Part shown: positions 20,822 through 30,307 of the stretch, piece by piece | How the letters are laid out: every line of letters begins with the position of its first letter | How positions within the stretch are numbered: position 1 is the stretch's first letter | From: a virus | DNA: 64,000 bases | Reading direction: 5' to 3' (one strand) | Virus record (IMG/VR): IMGVR_UViG_3300025154_000073 | Location: 1-64,000 of that record | The notes under the pieces: generated by a model | Seen by the model: only the letters and a program-made list of their open reading frames with translations | Told to the model about the DNA's origin: nothing | Database searches by the model: none | Position numbers and translations under genes: made by a program

Positions 20822-22030
20822 TCATTTTTCTCTCCAGTATTCAATTCTCTTTTCGGCTATGTCAATATATCCATTTTCCTTGTCAAATTCAATTCCAACC
20901 ACCTCATCCCACCCTGCTTTATAACAACCTATCATTTCGCTTGCCACCCCACTAAAAGGAATTACAATTCTGCGCGGAGCGTATTCGATGGGAGGTAAAA
21001 GAAGTTTGGCAAGATAGGTACATAAATCAATTGGTTTTAGGGTGGGGTGAGTATTTTTGTGAATGGGATTATTATGCTCTCCAATAAGTCCTTGTCGGAC
21101 AAGGACTTGCCCGTCTAATTCATCCAATCCCGCATTTCGTTCTTTGACTCCGACTTTGGCACAATAATAAATAGGGTCTGCTTCGTCTATCTGGTTGGAG
21201 ACATTGAAGAAGAAACGAGATGCGCCACCAGAATCTCCGACAGTTTCCTTCAGAGGAGCGTCAACGTCAAACATTCCGTAAATTCCGTTTGGAGAACCGT
21301 TTGTATGTCTTTTGTGTTTTGTGGTCATTTTTCCAGAAGTAAGACTTCCACTCTGTTCGTCCAAATGTACCGCGTTTTCTTTGCTAATAATAAAATTCGC
21401 AGGATAGCGACCCAGACCACCGTCAAAGCGATTAATTACATATTCTTCACTTGTGGGAACGCGAGACCCATTAATGTTTAACGTTCCTGCGCCAGTTTTT
21501 AGAATGTTGTCTATGGGTCTTCCATTGTACGGTTTTTGAAAAACTATAATCGGCTCAACCGCAGGCTTTAGGGCTTGTAGAGAATAGCGATGACCGTCAA
21601 ATACACCTTCGCCCTCTTTGTGGACTCTGTGCGCTTTCGGGAATCCCTGACCATTCACCCATCCGAAAATTGTGGGATGAATAATAAATCCAGCATCTTC
21701 AATGGCAACCGCCAACCTATGCCAATTTCTCGACGCGGAGAATGCCATTCCAAATGCCCCATCATATAAAACCCCCATAAGAGCCGACCACGTTTCAGGC
21801 TGAAAAGCAACATCGCCTCCATCCCAAACTTGACCCATAAAACCCTTGCTCGATCTTGAGAAAACACCGTCTTTTCCAAATTGGGCGGGTGCGGAATTCT
21901 TTCCGCCAAATCTTTTGACAATAGAGGTTAGATGATAGGGCGGATCACAAAACAAAGCATGAAATTTCTCGCCCTCATAATTCTTAGCCCAACTTACAAC
22001 ATCCTCGTTGTATATCATTTTTTTCTCCAC
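20822..22030 (-). CDS. DNA N6-adenine/N4-cytosine methyltransferase
   Basis: DPPY, GFPK, ALKPA.EP, HPTLKP, PFSG motifs. Confidence 0.85.
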   Translation of the reverse strand: MEKKMIYNEDVVSWAKNYEGEKFHALFCDPPYHLTSIVKRFGGKNSAPAQFGKDGVFSRSSKGFMGQVWDGGDVAFQPETWSALMGVLYDGAFGMAFSASRNWHRLAVAIEDAGFIIHPTIFGWVNGQGFPKAHRVHKEGEGVFDGHRYSLQALKPAVEPIIVFQKPYNGRPIDNILKTGAGTLNINGSRVPTSEEYVINRFDGGLGRYPANFIISKENAVHLDEQSGSLTSGKMTTKHKRHTNGSPNGIYGMFDVDAPLKETVGDSGGASRFFFNVSNQIDEADPIYYCAKVGVKERNAGLDELDGQVLVRQGLIGEHNNPIHKNTHPTLKPIDLCTYLAKLLLPPIEYAPRRIVIPFSGVASEMIGCYKAGWDEVVGIEFDKENGYIDIAEKRIEYWREK

Positions 22031-22509
22031 AAGCCACTTAGAATTTCTCTTTGCGTAAATCTAGGTTTCCACTCAGGATTCTTCAACAGTTTTTCCTTGA
22101 TGTCGGTCAGCTGGGCTATCATTTCTTCCAGTTCGTAGGACTTCAAGCCAAGATTGTCCGCGTCTTGTTTTAGACGGTGATATTGGGTTTCGTCAAACTC
22201 GAACAAAAACCAGTCCGTATAATAACACTCGTAGTACTCATGGCGTCCGTTACACGCCTTACATTGAAGATTTACGTTATACAAATCGAAGTATGTTCCA
22301 CCCTTTGTTCCTGGTATCAAATGACCTGCTTGCAGAATGGCAGAATGTCCATTCTTGGGCGCGGGACACACACATTCTTTATCCCGCATAAGGACAATAT
22401 CTCTCAGTAAGGCGTGAGCAACCTTCTTGCGTGCGCCATGAGAGGACACTTTCTTGACAGGCTTCCTGCCCTTCTTCTGTTTTCTCTTCGGTTTAGGTTT
22501 ACTAATCAT
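22015..22509 (-). CDS. NinG/Rap-like HNH nuclease
   Basis: RD..C.C...QAGH.I...NV.LQC..CN; start refined to MISKPK. Confidence 0.65.
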   Translation of the reverse strand: MISKPKPKRKQKKGRKPVKKVSSHGARKKVAHALLRDIVLMRDKECVCPAPKNGHSAILQAGHLIPGTKGGTYFDLYNVNLQCKACNGRHEYYECYYTDWFLFEFDETQYHRLKQDADNLGLKSYELEEMIAQLTDIKEKLLKNPEWKPRFTQREILSGLWRKK

Positions 22510-22729
22510 CTTTTTTCTCGTTTTCAATAAAGTCAAATAGTCCAGTTTGACCCGCCGCCCGCATTTTCCACGCTTCGGGGATACCCCGCGTGTAATTGCA
22601 TTCGGGATAATTCGGACACCCAAGAAATTGATTGTCATTCATTCGATTTGTTTTGACAATCATTTTTCTAGGCGGATTGCATTGCGGACATAAAATATCG
22701 CTCTCTGTATTTTCAATAAATTTTTTCAT
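22502..22729 (-). CDS. Topoisomerase-type C4 zinc-ribbon protein
   Basis: CPQC...FLGCPNYPECNYT. Confidence 0.75.
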   Translation of the reverse strand: MKKFIENTESDILCPQCNPPRKMIVKTNRMNDNQFLGCPNYPECNYTRGIPEAWKMRAAGQTGLFDFIENEKKDD

Positions 22730-22732
22730 TTT

Positions 22733-23404
22733 CTAATACTCTATACTTGGTAAAACTCCAGAACAATTTGTCAATCGACTGATACCTTTTTGTACAACAA
22801 GACTGTCGCTGTTCACATACAACTTTCCTATTTCTTCATGACTGGTGGCTGTATGGGCTACCAGAACACCTTTGTCATTAATGGTGATTGCCAAATAATT
22901 GCTTCTTGGAGGAACTTTCTTTATCTTCCTCGCAATCATGCCTACCTTACGATCATCACCACTTGCCTCTGATATAGCCAGCCAGTCCTCAGGCTCAAGT
23001 TCATATCCTGCATCAACCAGATTGGCGACCTGCACAAGAGACTTTTCGCCTGACTGTTCGATACTTTCATATTCTTCTTCTGGTATCTTTCCGCTTTTCA
23101 ATAACTTCTGAATCTTGACGTGTCTTTTGATGGTGGTGGGGTCAAGTCCTGTCTTACGAACCGCCGCAGACAGAAACGACTCTCCCTCATGCTTCTCAGG
23201 TCTCCACGCACCCTCCAAAATCTCGAATCCGATGGATTTTGCCCTGTCAAAACTCCTACCCCGCTCCTCCAGGTCACAAATTAGACCAAATCCACCCTCA
23301 AAATCCTCTGAATCTGCATAGGTCTGGAATATCTTACCCAAACTCTCCACGATTTCGGTGTGAGCAAGCGAGGTGGCGGGGACGGAGATTATCTCGCCTG
23401 TCAT
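22733..23404 (-). CDS. Hypothetical protein
   Basis: 223-aa ORF in operon. Confidence 0.5.
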   Translation of the reverse strand: MTGEIISVPATSLAHTEIVESLGKIFQTYADSEDFEGGFGLICDLEERGRSFDRAKSIGFEILEGAWRPEKHEGESFLSAAVRKTGLDPTTIKRHVKIQKLLKSGKIPEEEYESIEQSGEKSLVQVANLVDAGYELEPEDWLAISEASGDDRKVGMIARKIKKVPPRSNYLAITINDKGVLVAHTATSHEEIGKLYVNSDSLVVQKGISRLTNCSGVLPSIEY

Positions 23405-23613
23405 TCATTGCCTAGTAAAAAGTGGGATTTCGGAATATTGACACTCTGTATTCTCACAACCATCTGCATTCCTTCTGGTATAGGTTCATCCTTCAAGGAC
23501 ATCTCGACTATATTGGCGGGAACGCCAAATTTTTCCTTATAGAAATCAAGAACCTTTTGTACCTTTTCTGATACAGGCTCTTTCGAGCCATCAAACCATA
23601 ATAAGTAGTCCAT

Positions 23614-23868
23614 TTATTTCTCCATTGCTCGGCGTTCTAACGGCGAGCGTGAGCAGCGCAAGCCAAGCCAAGATAATTGCGCCAGCCACCACGTGGCGAA
23701 GCGTCCGCTGCACGCTTTGGTAGAGGGCGGGTACATTTCTTCCCACCACGTATATTTCCACTCGTTATAAACACGCCACAAATCCCAGGCGTGAGTAAAT
23801 GCCTGCTCATGCCTATCGCATAACTCGCAAGTTCGATTGTACGGATTTCTGTATTTCCATTTGTGCAT
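23614..23868 (-). CDS. Cassette-like small Cys-containing protein reading through an attC-like site
   Basis: Between attI-like 23876-23890 and attC-like 23635-23725. Confidence 0.5.
   Translation of the reverse strand: MHKWKYRNPYNRTCELCDRHEQAFTHAWDLWRVYNEWKYTWWEEMYPPSTKACSGRFATWWLAQLSWLGLRCSRSPLERRAMEK
23635..23725 (-). mobile_element. Integron attC-like site
   Basis: Minus strand CTCTACC-AAAGCGTGCAGCGG...GCTGCTCACGCTCGCC-GTTAGAA; imperfect IR with extrahelical bases. Confidence 0.7.
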
Positions 23869-23875
23869 AGTAGCC

Positions 23876-23890
23876 TTCTAACTATGATTT
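23876..23890 (-). mobile_element. attI-like array start
   Basis: AAATCATA-GTTAGAA; shares AAATCATAGTT with 29061-29075; no upstream inverse core. Confidence 0.5.
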
Positions 23891-24021
23891 GACCAATTCT
23901 TGTCCGACAAAAATACTTATATCAAATAAGGCAAGAGCAGGAATATTTGACGCCATATTGTTATTATAAGTCTTATGTGGGGATTTATGGTGAGAATTAG
24001 ATTAGAAAACACGGTGTTTAC

Positions 24022-24348
24022 TCAACGTTCCTTATTCCTCTTTTCTGCTTCCTTCCAAATTCTAAGCCACGTTTCTCCGTGACAATTCTTTTCACCAGCC
24101 TTGCACCAGCAGGCGATGTGTTCAATCTTGTCAACCACGCATCTTTCCAAAAACTCGTTGATAAGTCCAACCTGTTCGGGTCTGCGTATCCACTCATCAA
24201 AAATAGCTTTCTGTTCCGCCTTTGTCTTTTTCTTCTTTCCGACATAATTACCGAAGTGAGTTCCCCTTGTAACCGTAAGCGTGTTCTTGGGTATTCTCTC
24301 GCCTGTCTGCCGACTTCTTGAAATTCTATTCATTATTTTTCTCTCCAA
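24022..24348 (-). CDS. DUF4326-like protein
   Basis: TRGT.FGN...IACWC......CHG motif. Confidence 0.65.
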   Translation of the reverse strand: MERKIMNRISRSRQTGERIPKNTLTVTRGTHFGNYVGKKKKTKAEQKAIFDEWIRRPEQVGLINEFLERCVVDKIEHIACWCKAGEKNCHGETWLRIWKEAEKRNKER

Positions 24349-24632
24349 TATAGGCTTAGTCCAAAACTTCTCGCTCCAGTCTTCCAGAATCCGAAGGTTG
24401 TAATCTCCACCCTGCCCTTCACCATCTTTCTGATGAAAGAACGCAGGAAGGACAGGGCTTTGTTGTGAAGTGACTCAACCATTATTCCCCTCAGTCAATA
24501 TCTCGGCTTGATACGCAATGTCCAATAAAACGGCATTCCTAAGTTCAATGTAATTGTCCTGCGTTATCTCCTCACGCATCATGGCGCGATACATATTTGT
24601 CAATATATCTTTGGCTTCATCCACCAGTTCTT

Positions 24633-25637
24633 TCATGCCCTCACCGCCATATTCACAGCATTTCTGAATTTGAACCCCAACAATATTGCATCATCAAATT
24701 TTTCGTTTCTAGGAGGAATAACCAATCTGCACCTTTTCTCTCCAATCTGCTTTGCCGTGTTCAATACAGCTACGACTCCATTGGGCTGTTTTACATAGGC
24801 GTCGGGGTCAAAGGCTAGATAAAAAATCTCTACGTCTGAGTCTGCAAGCATCTTCAATATTCTTTTTTCTGGCATTGAGGATTGTACACCGACTACCTGA
24901 AATTCAGATGAGAGTTCTCCCCATATCTCGGTAACGTCGGCTTTCTTCTCGCCCTCCATTACCACAACCTTATTTGACAATTTCCCGTTTTCATGCAGGG
25001 GAACGTATAAGTGCTGGCATCCAGATTTGTATAGATTTCTGTATCGGTCATTTGAGTTGGCGGGTTTAACAACGCGCAGTTTTACATTTTCAATTCGGTT
25101 TCCGAGTGTCCATATCGGGAAGGTGAATGCAGAGTTGTTATAGGTGGACAAACTTCCACGAACCTTATAATCTTTGATATATCCCTTTTGAAGATACTCT
25201 CTCCAATTTGGGGGAACTCCAATAGACTCGTAATACATATTTGCAATTTCGTTATCCAATCCGTCCTCGTAATATCTTTTGTAAAAACCTTGTTCCTCGA
25301 TGGTTCTGGAGAGTTCCTCAAGTTCTTTGGATTTCTTTTCAAAATATTCGCGTTCAAGTTGGACAACCTTTAATCTAAATTCTTCGCGCTCTTCGGAAGT
25401 CCATTCCGCATCTGATTTTTCTGGAGACCATTTATACCCACACTTGCGGCACAATCCAAAGGGAACTCCTCTGCGTGACGCAATCCATAAAACAAATCTA
25501 TCTGAACAAGTACCATCTTCGTGAATCTCGCCACCACAAGAAGGACAAGACGAATGGAATTCGTTAGGGGTTACTTGAACTACAAAAGATACCTTGCCTT
25601 GAAGAGATGCGAAGATTGGGGGAAGTAGATCGATCAT
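24633..25637 (-). CDS. DNA primase (Zn finger + TOPRIM)
   Basis: CPSCGG...CRKCG, MEGEKKA, FDPD; adjacent to helicase. Confidence 0.75.
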   Translation of the reverse strand: MIDLLPPIFASLQGKVSFVVQVTPNEFHSSCPSCGGEIHEDGTCSDRFVLWIASRRGVPFGLCRKCGYKWSPEKSDAEWTSEEREEFRLKVVQLEREYFEKKSKELEELSRTIEEQGFYKRYYEDGLDNEIANMYYESIGVPPNWREYLQKGYIKDYKVRGSLSTYNNSAFTFPIWTLGNRIENVKLRVVKPANSNDRYRNLYKSGCQHLYVPLHENGKLSNKVVVMEGEKKADVTEIWGELSSEFQVVGVQSSMPEKRILKMLADSDVEIFYLAFDPDAYVKQPNGVVAVLNTAKQIGEKRCRLVIPPRNEKFDDAILLGFKFRNAVNMAVRA

Positions 25638-26629
25638 TTTACACCTATTGGCTTTAGATAGATTTGGTCGTGAAATTTCTTGTCATAAATAAAAGAACCG
25701 CTTGGGTCGATGTGGCAGGGAAACACTCTTCCAACAACATCTTTTTCCCCAACAAATCCCATTTCCTCAGCATTACGACGTTTAACTATTCTAACAAATA
25801 CCAAGTTAGGTTCAACCTCGAAATTCCAATTACCTTCTTCTACTCTTGAATACATGGGGTGATCGTGCTTGGGTTGCCAGTAGGCATATACAATGTCTGG
25901 AATGGAATAAAGTTCCCCAGCCTCCGCAAGATCAGCCGCTCCAGGTATCCTCATTTTCTGCGTGTAGTTGTCTCTTTGAGTCTTCAATAAGGCTTGACTC
26001 GCTAATCCAATAGGACACTTAAACTTCTTGCAGGCGTGAAAAAGCCTGAGAACATTGTCGGCAGTTTGTAATCTCTTCTGGTCATTATTGGTCATCATCC
26101 TACGTTCAGGGTCGGGAGGAATAATTTGGGCATAATCTATTCCAATGTGAGTAAATTGCATTTTGTCCGCAAACTTTTCATTTGCTCCAAATTCAAGGGT
26201 CTTGATGATGTTACCGACATTTAGCTGAGCCATGTCATCCATTGACATTCCAAACGAATTGCCAATAAAAATAAACTGGTCATCCTGATAAGCAAGCGAA
26301 TCTCCGCCATACTTCTTGACCTGCTTTCCAGCAGTTCCTTCGGAAGTGTCCTCAAGGCTTACCAGACCCACCAACGTCCCCTGTTTACCCTCAATTCGTT
26401 TTTGTGCCTTGAAAGTTACATCACGCAAGGCGGTAGATTTACCTTGATGGGATTTTGCGGCATAGATGGCAAGCTCGCCTGGATACTGGTCTGGGACAAT
26501 ACCCTCAAGCCCCTCGATGTGGAACGGAAGGGCAAGGTGAGAGTTCTCTTTCAAAAAAATGTCGTAGGCGACTTTGTCTTCCCAAGTTTGTTGGGCAGTT
26601 TTTACGAAGTTGGCGGGTTTGAATGTCAT
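25634..26629 (-). CDS. DnaB-like replicative helicase
   Basis: Walker A AAKSHQGKS, SLE, IDYAQ, LASQ, KRR. Confidence 0.8.
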   Translation of the reverse strand: MTFKPANFVKTAQQTWEDKVAYDIFLKENSHLALPFHIEGLEGIVPDQYPGELAIYAAKSHQGKSTALRDVTFKAQKRIEGKQGTLVGLVSLEDTSEGTAGKQVKKYGGDSLAYQDDQFIFIGNSFGMSMDDMAQLNVGNIIKTLEFGANEKFADKMQFTHIGIDYAQIIPPDPERRMMTNNDQKRLQTADNVLRLFHACKKFKCPIGLASQALLKTQRDNYTQKMRIPGAADLAEAGELYSIPDIVYAYWQPKHDHPMYSRVEEGNWNFEVEPNLVFVRIVKRRNAEEMGFVGEKDVVGRVFPCHIDPSGSFIYDKKFHDQIYLKPIGVK

Positions 26630-26649
26630 AGAGAATGCACCGTGTTTTC

Positions 26650-27216
26650 TTAGTAGCTCAGTGGGATGTCGTTTGCGTCTTTTTTCTTTTCAACCAATCT
26701 GTTATTGGCTTCTCTTAATTCTCTTGCCTTTGCCGCGCACATATTAACCAGACTGGTTGGTTTTGCTACTGTGTATGGCGCAAGTCCATTCTTAAACCCA
26801 TTTTTCCAATCGGCATGAACTTTGATAAGTACTTCAACTCCGAATTCTGCACAATTTTGTTTTATAGCTTCCATTGCTTGAATGTAAAACGCATATTGTC
26901 CCTTACTTTTTTTATGCGGTTTAGACGGAAGCGAGAACATCCAAGTATCACGAAGGACACGAGCAATTTCCTGTACCGACTGAGGATAGTCTTTGTAATC
27001 TCCTCTAAATAATTCTACGTTGTATTCTCCCGCCATCTCGTCTGTTTTCCTTGCAATTCCAGAAATCCCCATCACGGCATCAACAAGCAGTTCTGACAAT
27101 CGTTCATAATTTTCTTTATATGGACTTTCGCATTCTAATCCATCAGAACAAAATATTGCCTCGTGTTTTAGAATATTTTCAAATTTCAATTTTAATTCTC
27201 TACGCAAAGTTGTCAT
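26650..27216 (-). CDS. Putative replication initiator-like protein
   Basis: Directly upstream of helicase/primase; start refined to MTTLRR (GGAGG RBS). Confidence 0.4.
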   Translation of the reverse strand: MTTLRRELKLKFENILKHEAIFCSDGLECESPYKENYERLSELLVDAVMGISGIARKTDEMAGEYNVELFRGDYKDYPQSVQEIARVLRDTWMFSLPSKPHKKSKGQYAFYIQAMEAIKQNCAEFGVEVLIKVHADWKNGFKNGLAPYTVAKPTSLVNMCAAKARELREANNRLVEKKKDANDIPLSY

Positions 27217-27239
27217 TCTTCCTCCTGCGAAAACACGGT

Positions 27240-27536
27240 TCATTCTTTTTTGGAAGGCTTTGCAAACCACTTTATTTTGTGGCCTACAAGTTTCATATGC
27301 TCTACTCTGTGCTTCTTTGCATTCCAACGGTCTAAAGATATTCCCAACAACTCTGTCAAACCCATAGGAATAGGGCCTCCGAAAATTCCAGGAAATCCAT
27401 CGGTGTCAATTTTGCAATCATAGCACCATATCTTATGTTCATATTCAGACCACTCAATATTTGTGCCATTGCATTTGTCACACGTGATGCAATATTCGTA
27501 CGGGTGCATAATATAATGCCACGTTCTTTTTCTCAT
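27240..27536 (-). CDS. Small zinc-binding protein
   Basis: CDKC...WSEYE..IWCYDC. Confidence 0.55.
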   Translation of the reverse strand: MRKRTWHYIMHPYEYCITCDKCNGTNIEWSEYEHKIWCYDCKIDTDGFPGIFGGPIPMGLTELLGISLDRWNAKKHRVEHMKLVGHKIKWFAKPSKKE

Positions 27537-27880
27537 TCTAATTCCTTTCTGATTATTTTATGACAGAATCATCCTAAGACTTCCTAATTAGCCACTCAGA
27601 TTCTTTAAAGAACCTCTACCCTATTAGGGTCAAGTAGGACTATTCATCCTGGACGTGGGCGGATTTATAACGGCGTACCGTCTCACCTTTCGGGATTCTC
27701 TGTTAGAGACACCCGCCCCGCCTGCCTCTGTGCTTTGACGCGGGGACGTTGTTGGGAGTCCTGCCACTCGGTTACTTAGTAGGCAGACTGCAATCTCTTT
27801 ATCGTATGAGAGCCTGTTTCGCTCAAAAATGTATTTTCGGATTAGGCAGGATTGCTAGTTGCTGTTCCGTTAAACGCAAA

Positions 27881-28025
27881 ATCCAGTTTTGACAACTGCG
27901 GCTCTGGCGGCTAAAAGAACTACCGCTCGCGCGGATATGGAAGGGATACCATAGCCGCAGTTGTCAAAACTGGATAATGTCGAAGTTAATATGTTCATTT
28001 GTCCTTTTAGCCTTTCGCGCTTCCA
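27881..28025 (-). ncRNA. Long hairpin with loop complementary to upstream leader (C4/CI-antisense-like architecture)
   Basis: Perfect 23-bp IR 27881-27903/27953-27975; loop GGCTAAAAGAAC pairs with GTCCTTTTAGCC (28001-28012). Confidence 0.55.
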
Positions 28026-28047
28026 CACGCTTTTCCTTACTCACCCA

Positions 28048-28076
28048 ATAGTAATCTCATCCTTGACGGATGTCAA
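28048..28076 (-). promoter_or_regulatory. Sigma70-type promoter of replication operon
   Basis: TTGACA-N17-TACTAT; -35 overlapped by palindrome CTTGAC-GGAT-GTCAAG. Confidence 0.7.
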
Positions 28077-28240
28077 GTTAAATCAGACAGGTCTTTTCTA
28101 TTCTTTTTGTCTTTCCACATCTCTCACAGACATAGGTTTCGGAGAACTCCGCATAATATCCGAAGCCAACGTACCTGAACTTACCCATCCTGAATGTGAA
28201 TGTATGACCAAAAAGAAAACACAGTGTTTTGTTTAGCATC

Positions 28241-28498
28241 TCATTCCTCTTTAGGTAATATGGTCACAACTGTTCCGCGCATCCCATCATAGACGACTCT
28301 TATACCATCTACAATGTGAACTGACACGCGGTTGGATTGACGCTCTACGAACTGAGAACGTCCCGCCCTGATTGCTTTTGCGATGGCTTTTACATCCACG
28401 ATCCTACCGAGCCGTTCTTGGGAACGTCTGCGGGCATGAGACATTTGTGCATTAGCTTTTATGGATAGGTCAGGATGTTTAGATTGATAGAATGACAT
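28241..28498 (-). CDS. Small basic protein flanked by two palindrome copies
   Basis: HARRR.QER...VVYD...VVT.LP motif; copies at 28214-28232 and 28498-28516. Confidence 0.55.
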   Translation of the reverse strand: MSFYQSKHPDLSIKANAQMSHARRRSQERLGRIVDVKAIAKAIRAGRSQFVERQSNRVSVHIVDGIRVVYDGMRGTVVTILPKEE

Positions 28499-28517
28499 AA
28501 ATACACCGTGTTTTCTA

Positions 28518-28643
28518 GCCCAACGGTTATGAGTTAGTGGTTTGCCGTATTACCGAATTGACAATGTTTGCTGTGGATTCCGTTTACTTCGCAACCACAG
28601 ACAGCGCACAGTATAGGCACATCCGCTGCACGCTTTGTTAGGT
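28518..28643 (-). mobile_element. Integron attC-like site
   Basis: ACCTAAC-AAAGCGTGCAGCGGATGTGCC...GGCAAACCACTAACTCATAACC-GTTGGGC. Confidence 0.75.
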
Positions 28644-28785
28644 GCGCTTGAAGTTGCGCCACTAACTCAGGCAAAAGGGAATTAGGAATTTTTATATCTC
28701 CAATTCCTTCATACCAAAAACCTGCTTCTTTTCTGACTTCAATTAGCAGGTATTCTTTTGTTGGACAAATTTTTATATTTTGCAT
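28534..28785 (-). CDS. Cassette ORF whose C-terminal CxxC..HxxxC is encoded by the attC
   Basis: LTKRAADV translation of attC R''/L''. Confidence 0.55.
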   Translation of the reverse strand: MQNIKICPTKEYLLIEVRKEAGFWYEGIGDIKIPNSLLPELVAQLQAHLTKRAADVPILCAVCGCEVNGIHSKHCQFGNTANH

Positions 28786-28791
28786 ATTAGC

Positions 28792-28899
28792 ACCCAACGG
28801 TTTGCGTAACCCGCTTTATGCAGGCGAAGTATCTTCAACTTTCACAGATTCGGGCAGGCCCAAAACGCCAGCCTTCAAGGAGTCGAAGCTGGGTTGGGC
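28792..28899 (-). mobile_element. Integron attC-like site (degenerate left arm)
   Basis: GCCCAAC...GCGGGTTACGCAAACC-GTTGGGT. Confidence 0.65.
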
Positions 28900-29032
28900 G
28901 CAATTCCAGACACGCAGGACAATCAACATCATTCCATCCAGTGCTTGCAAAACTCCAACCAGTGCTACCACATACGGCGATTGTTTTTGTATATGGCACA
29001 AGAAATTTTTTTACATGATGACAAGTAGGCAT
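28835..29032 (-). CDS. Cassette ORF, small Cys-rich protein
   Basis: AAGGA RBS after attI-like site; CG...CPAC. Confidence 0.5.
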   Translation of the reverse strand: MPTCHHVKKFLVPYTKTIAVCGSTGWSFASTGWNDVDCPACLELRPTQLRLLEGWRFGPARICES

Positions 29033-29060
29033 ATCTTATCCTTTCGGTTTCAGGGCTTCC

Positions 29061-29075
29061 GCCCAACTATGATTT
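29061..29075 (-). mobile_element. attI-like array start
   Basis: AAATCATA-GTTGGGC; first cassette R'' GCGCCCAAC complements GTTGGGCGG. Confidence 0.55.
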
Positions 29076-29121
29076 ATAAAGTAACCGCAATACGGAAATC
29101 ATTTAAATAACACGATGGTTT

Positions 29122-29159
29122 GCAGGGCGTACTCAACACTCTTATCAAGTACGCCCTGC
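29122..29159 (-). terminator. Hairpin after ssb
   Basis: 12-bp perfect IR GCAGGGCGTACT/AGTACGCCCTGC. Confidence 0.6.
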
Positions 29160-29164
29160 GCCAA

Positions 29165-29572
29165 CTAACCCGTCATGTATTCTGGCAAATCTTCTTCCTC
29201 GGAGGATGCTTGACTTTCTCCGCCAGATTTGCTTGAAAGAAACTTGACCAGAGAGGCGTTGATCTCAAGGGTTGAAGCCCAAGTTCCATCGCTCTTTTCA
29301 AAGATGCGTGGATTTCCTGTCGCTTTGTCAATAGAGACCTTGCCCTCAACGAACACCAAAGAGCCTTTATTCAGATACTTCTTGCAGGCTTCCGCCGCAC
29401 TCCCCCAGATTGACACCCGAAACCAAGTTGTTTCTTTTACGTGTTCTCCGCCTTTGGTATTGTATTCGTTTGTGGTGGCGACTGATAAATTGGTAACAGG
29501 CTGACCGGATGGGGTATAGCGCATGGACGGATCAGCACCTAAGCGCCCGATAATTTCTATTTTCTGATACAT
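29165..29572 (-). CDS. ssb: Single-stranded DNA-binding protein
   Basis: IIGRLG.DP.MRYTPSG, TTWFRV..WG, KGSLVFVEG, acidic tail. Confidence 0.92.
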   Translation of the reverse strand: MYQKIEIIGRLGADPSMRYTPSGQPVTNLSVATTNEYNTKGGEHVKETTWFRVSIWGSAAEACKKYLNKGSLVFVEGKVSIDKATGNPRIFEKSDGTWASTLEINASLVKFLSSKSGGESQASSEEEDLPEYMTG

Positions 29573-29573
29573 A

Positions 29574-30218
29574 CTACGCCTCTTTCTTCATCATGGCGTC
29601 AATCTCTGCCATCTTCTCTTTGATAAATTCGGCGGTTGAATCTCCGCTGATTTTGGGAACGTCTTTTATTCCGGCTTGATGCGCGGCGGCGAATTTTTCT
29701 CCAAACGCTTTTTGCAGGGATTGTAATTCGCTGGCTGGCTTTGGGGTTTTTAATTCGGGCTTGGGATGTTCCACAAGTTGTTTTGAGGGGCGTTCCTGGT
29801 CTCCAGATGGGTATTTATCTGGGTCGTCTCCTGTTTCAATATTGAAAGTTTGGCGAATGGCATACTTATACATGCCCGTCATTGCTTTGTTGCAACTCTT
29901 ATCTCCGCTGTCTGCCCCCTCGCCTAGTGATTGAACATCAATATAGCTTCCGCCAACGTGGGTAAATCTCACAATTCCGTGAACGGTGGTGTTAATCATC
30001 GCCGTTCCTTTTGCGGTTGTGTATTGCTCTCTGTTTGTCTCGGCAACTTGAAGTACGGAGACATACACTCCATGTTCAACCATTGACGGGCGAACCGCCT
30101 CAATCAATGCCGCCTCGCCTGCGTATGAGTATGATAGTCCCGCTCCCCTCTGTTTTTGAACATATCCCACTTCTTTCATTATTGCATTAATCGCTTCGTG
30201 AATATCTTTTTCTGACAT
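29574..30218 (-). CDS. ERF-family ssDNA annealing protein
   Basis: GEG.DSGDK...KAMT...KY.....F.I.TGDDPD. Confidence 0.8.
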   Translation of the reverse strand: MSEKDIHEAINAIMKEVGYVQKQRGAGLSYSYAGEAALIEAVRPSMVEHGVYVSVLQVAETNREQYTTAKGTAMINTTVHGIVRFTHVGGSYIDVQSLGEGADSGDKSCNKAMTGMYKYAIRQTFNIETGDDPDKYPSGDQERPSKQLVEHPKPELKTPKPASELQSLQKAFGEKFAAAHQAGIKDVPKISGDSTAEFIKEKMAEIDAMMKKEA

Positions 30219-30307
30219 TTCTACTCCTTGTTTTAGGTTACACCGACATTTGTCGTATGTTTCAAAAATTATTGTACATCAACTACCTGAGAATGGGGTG
30301 AGAAATG

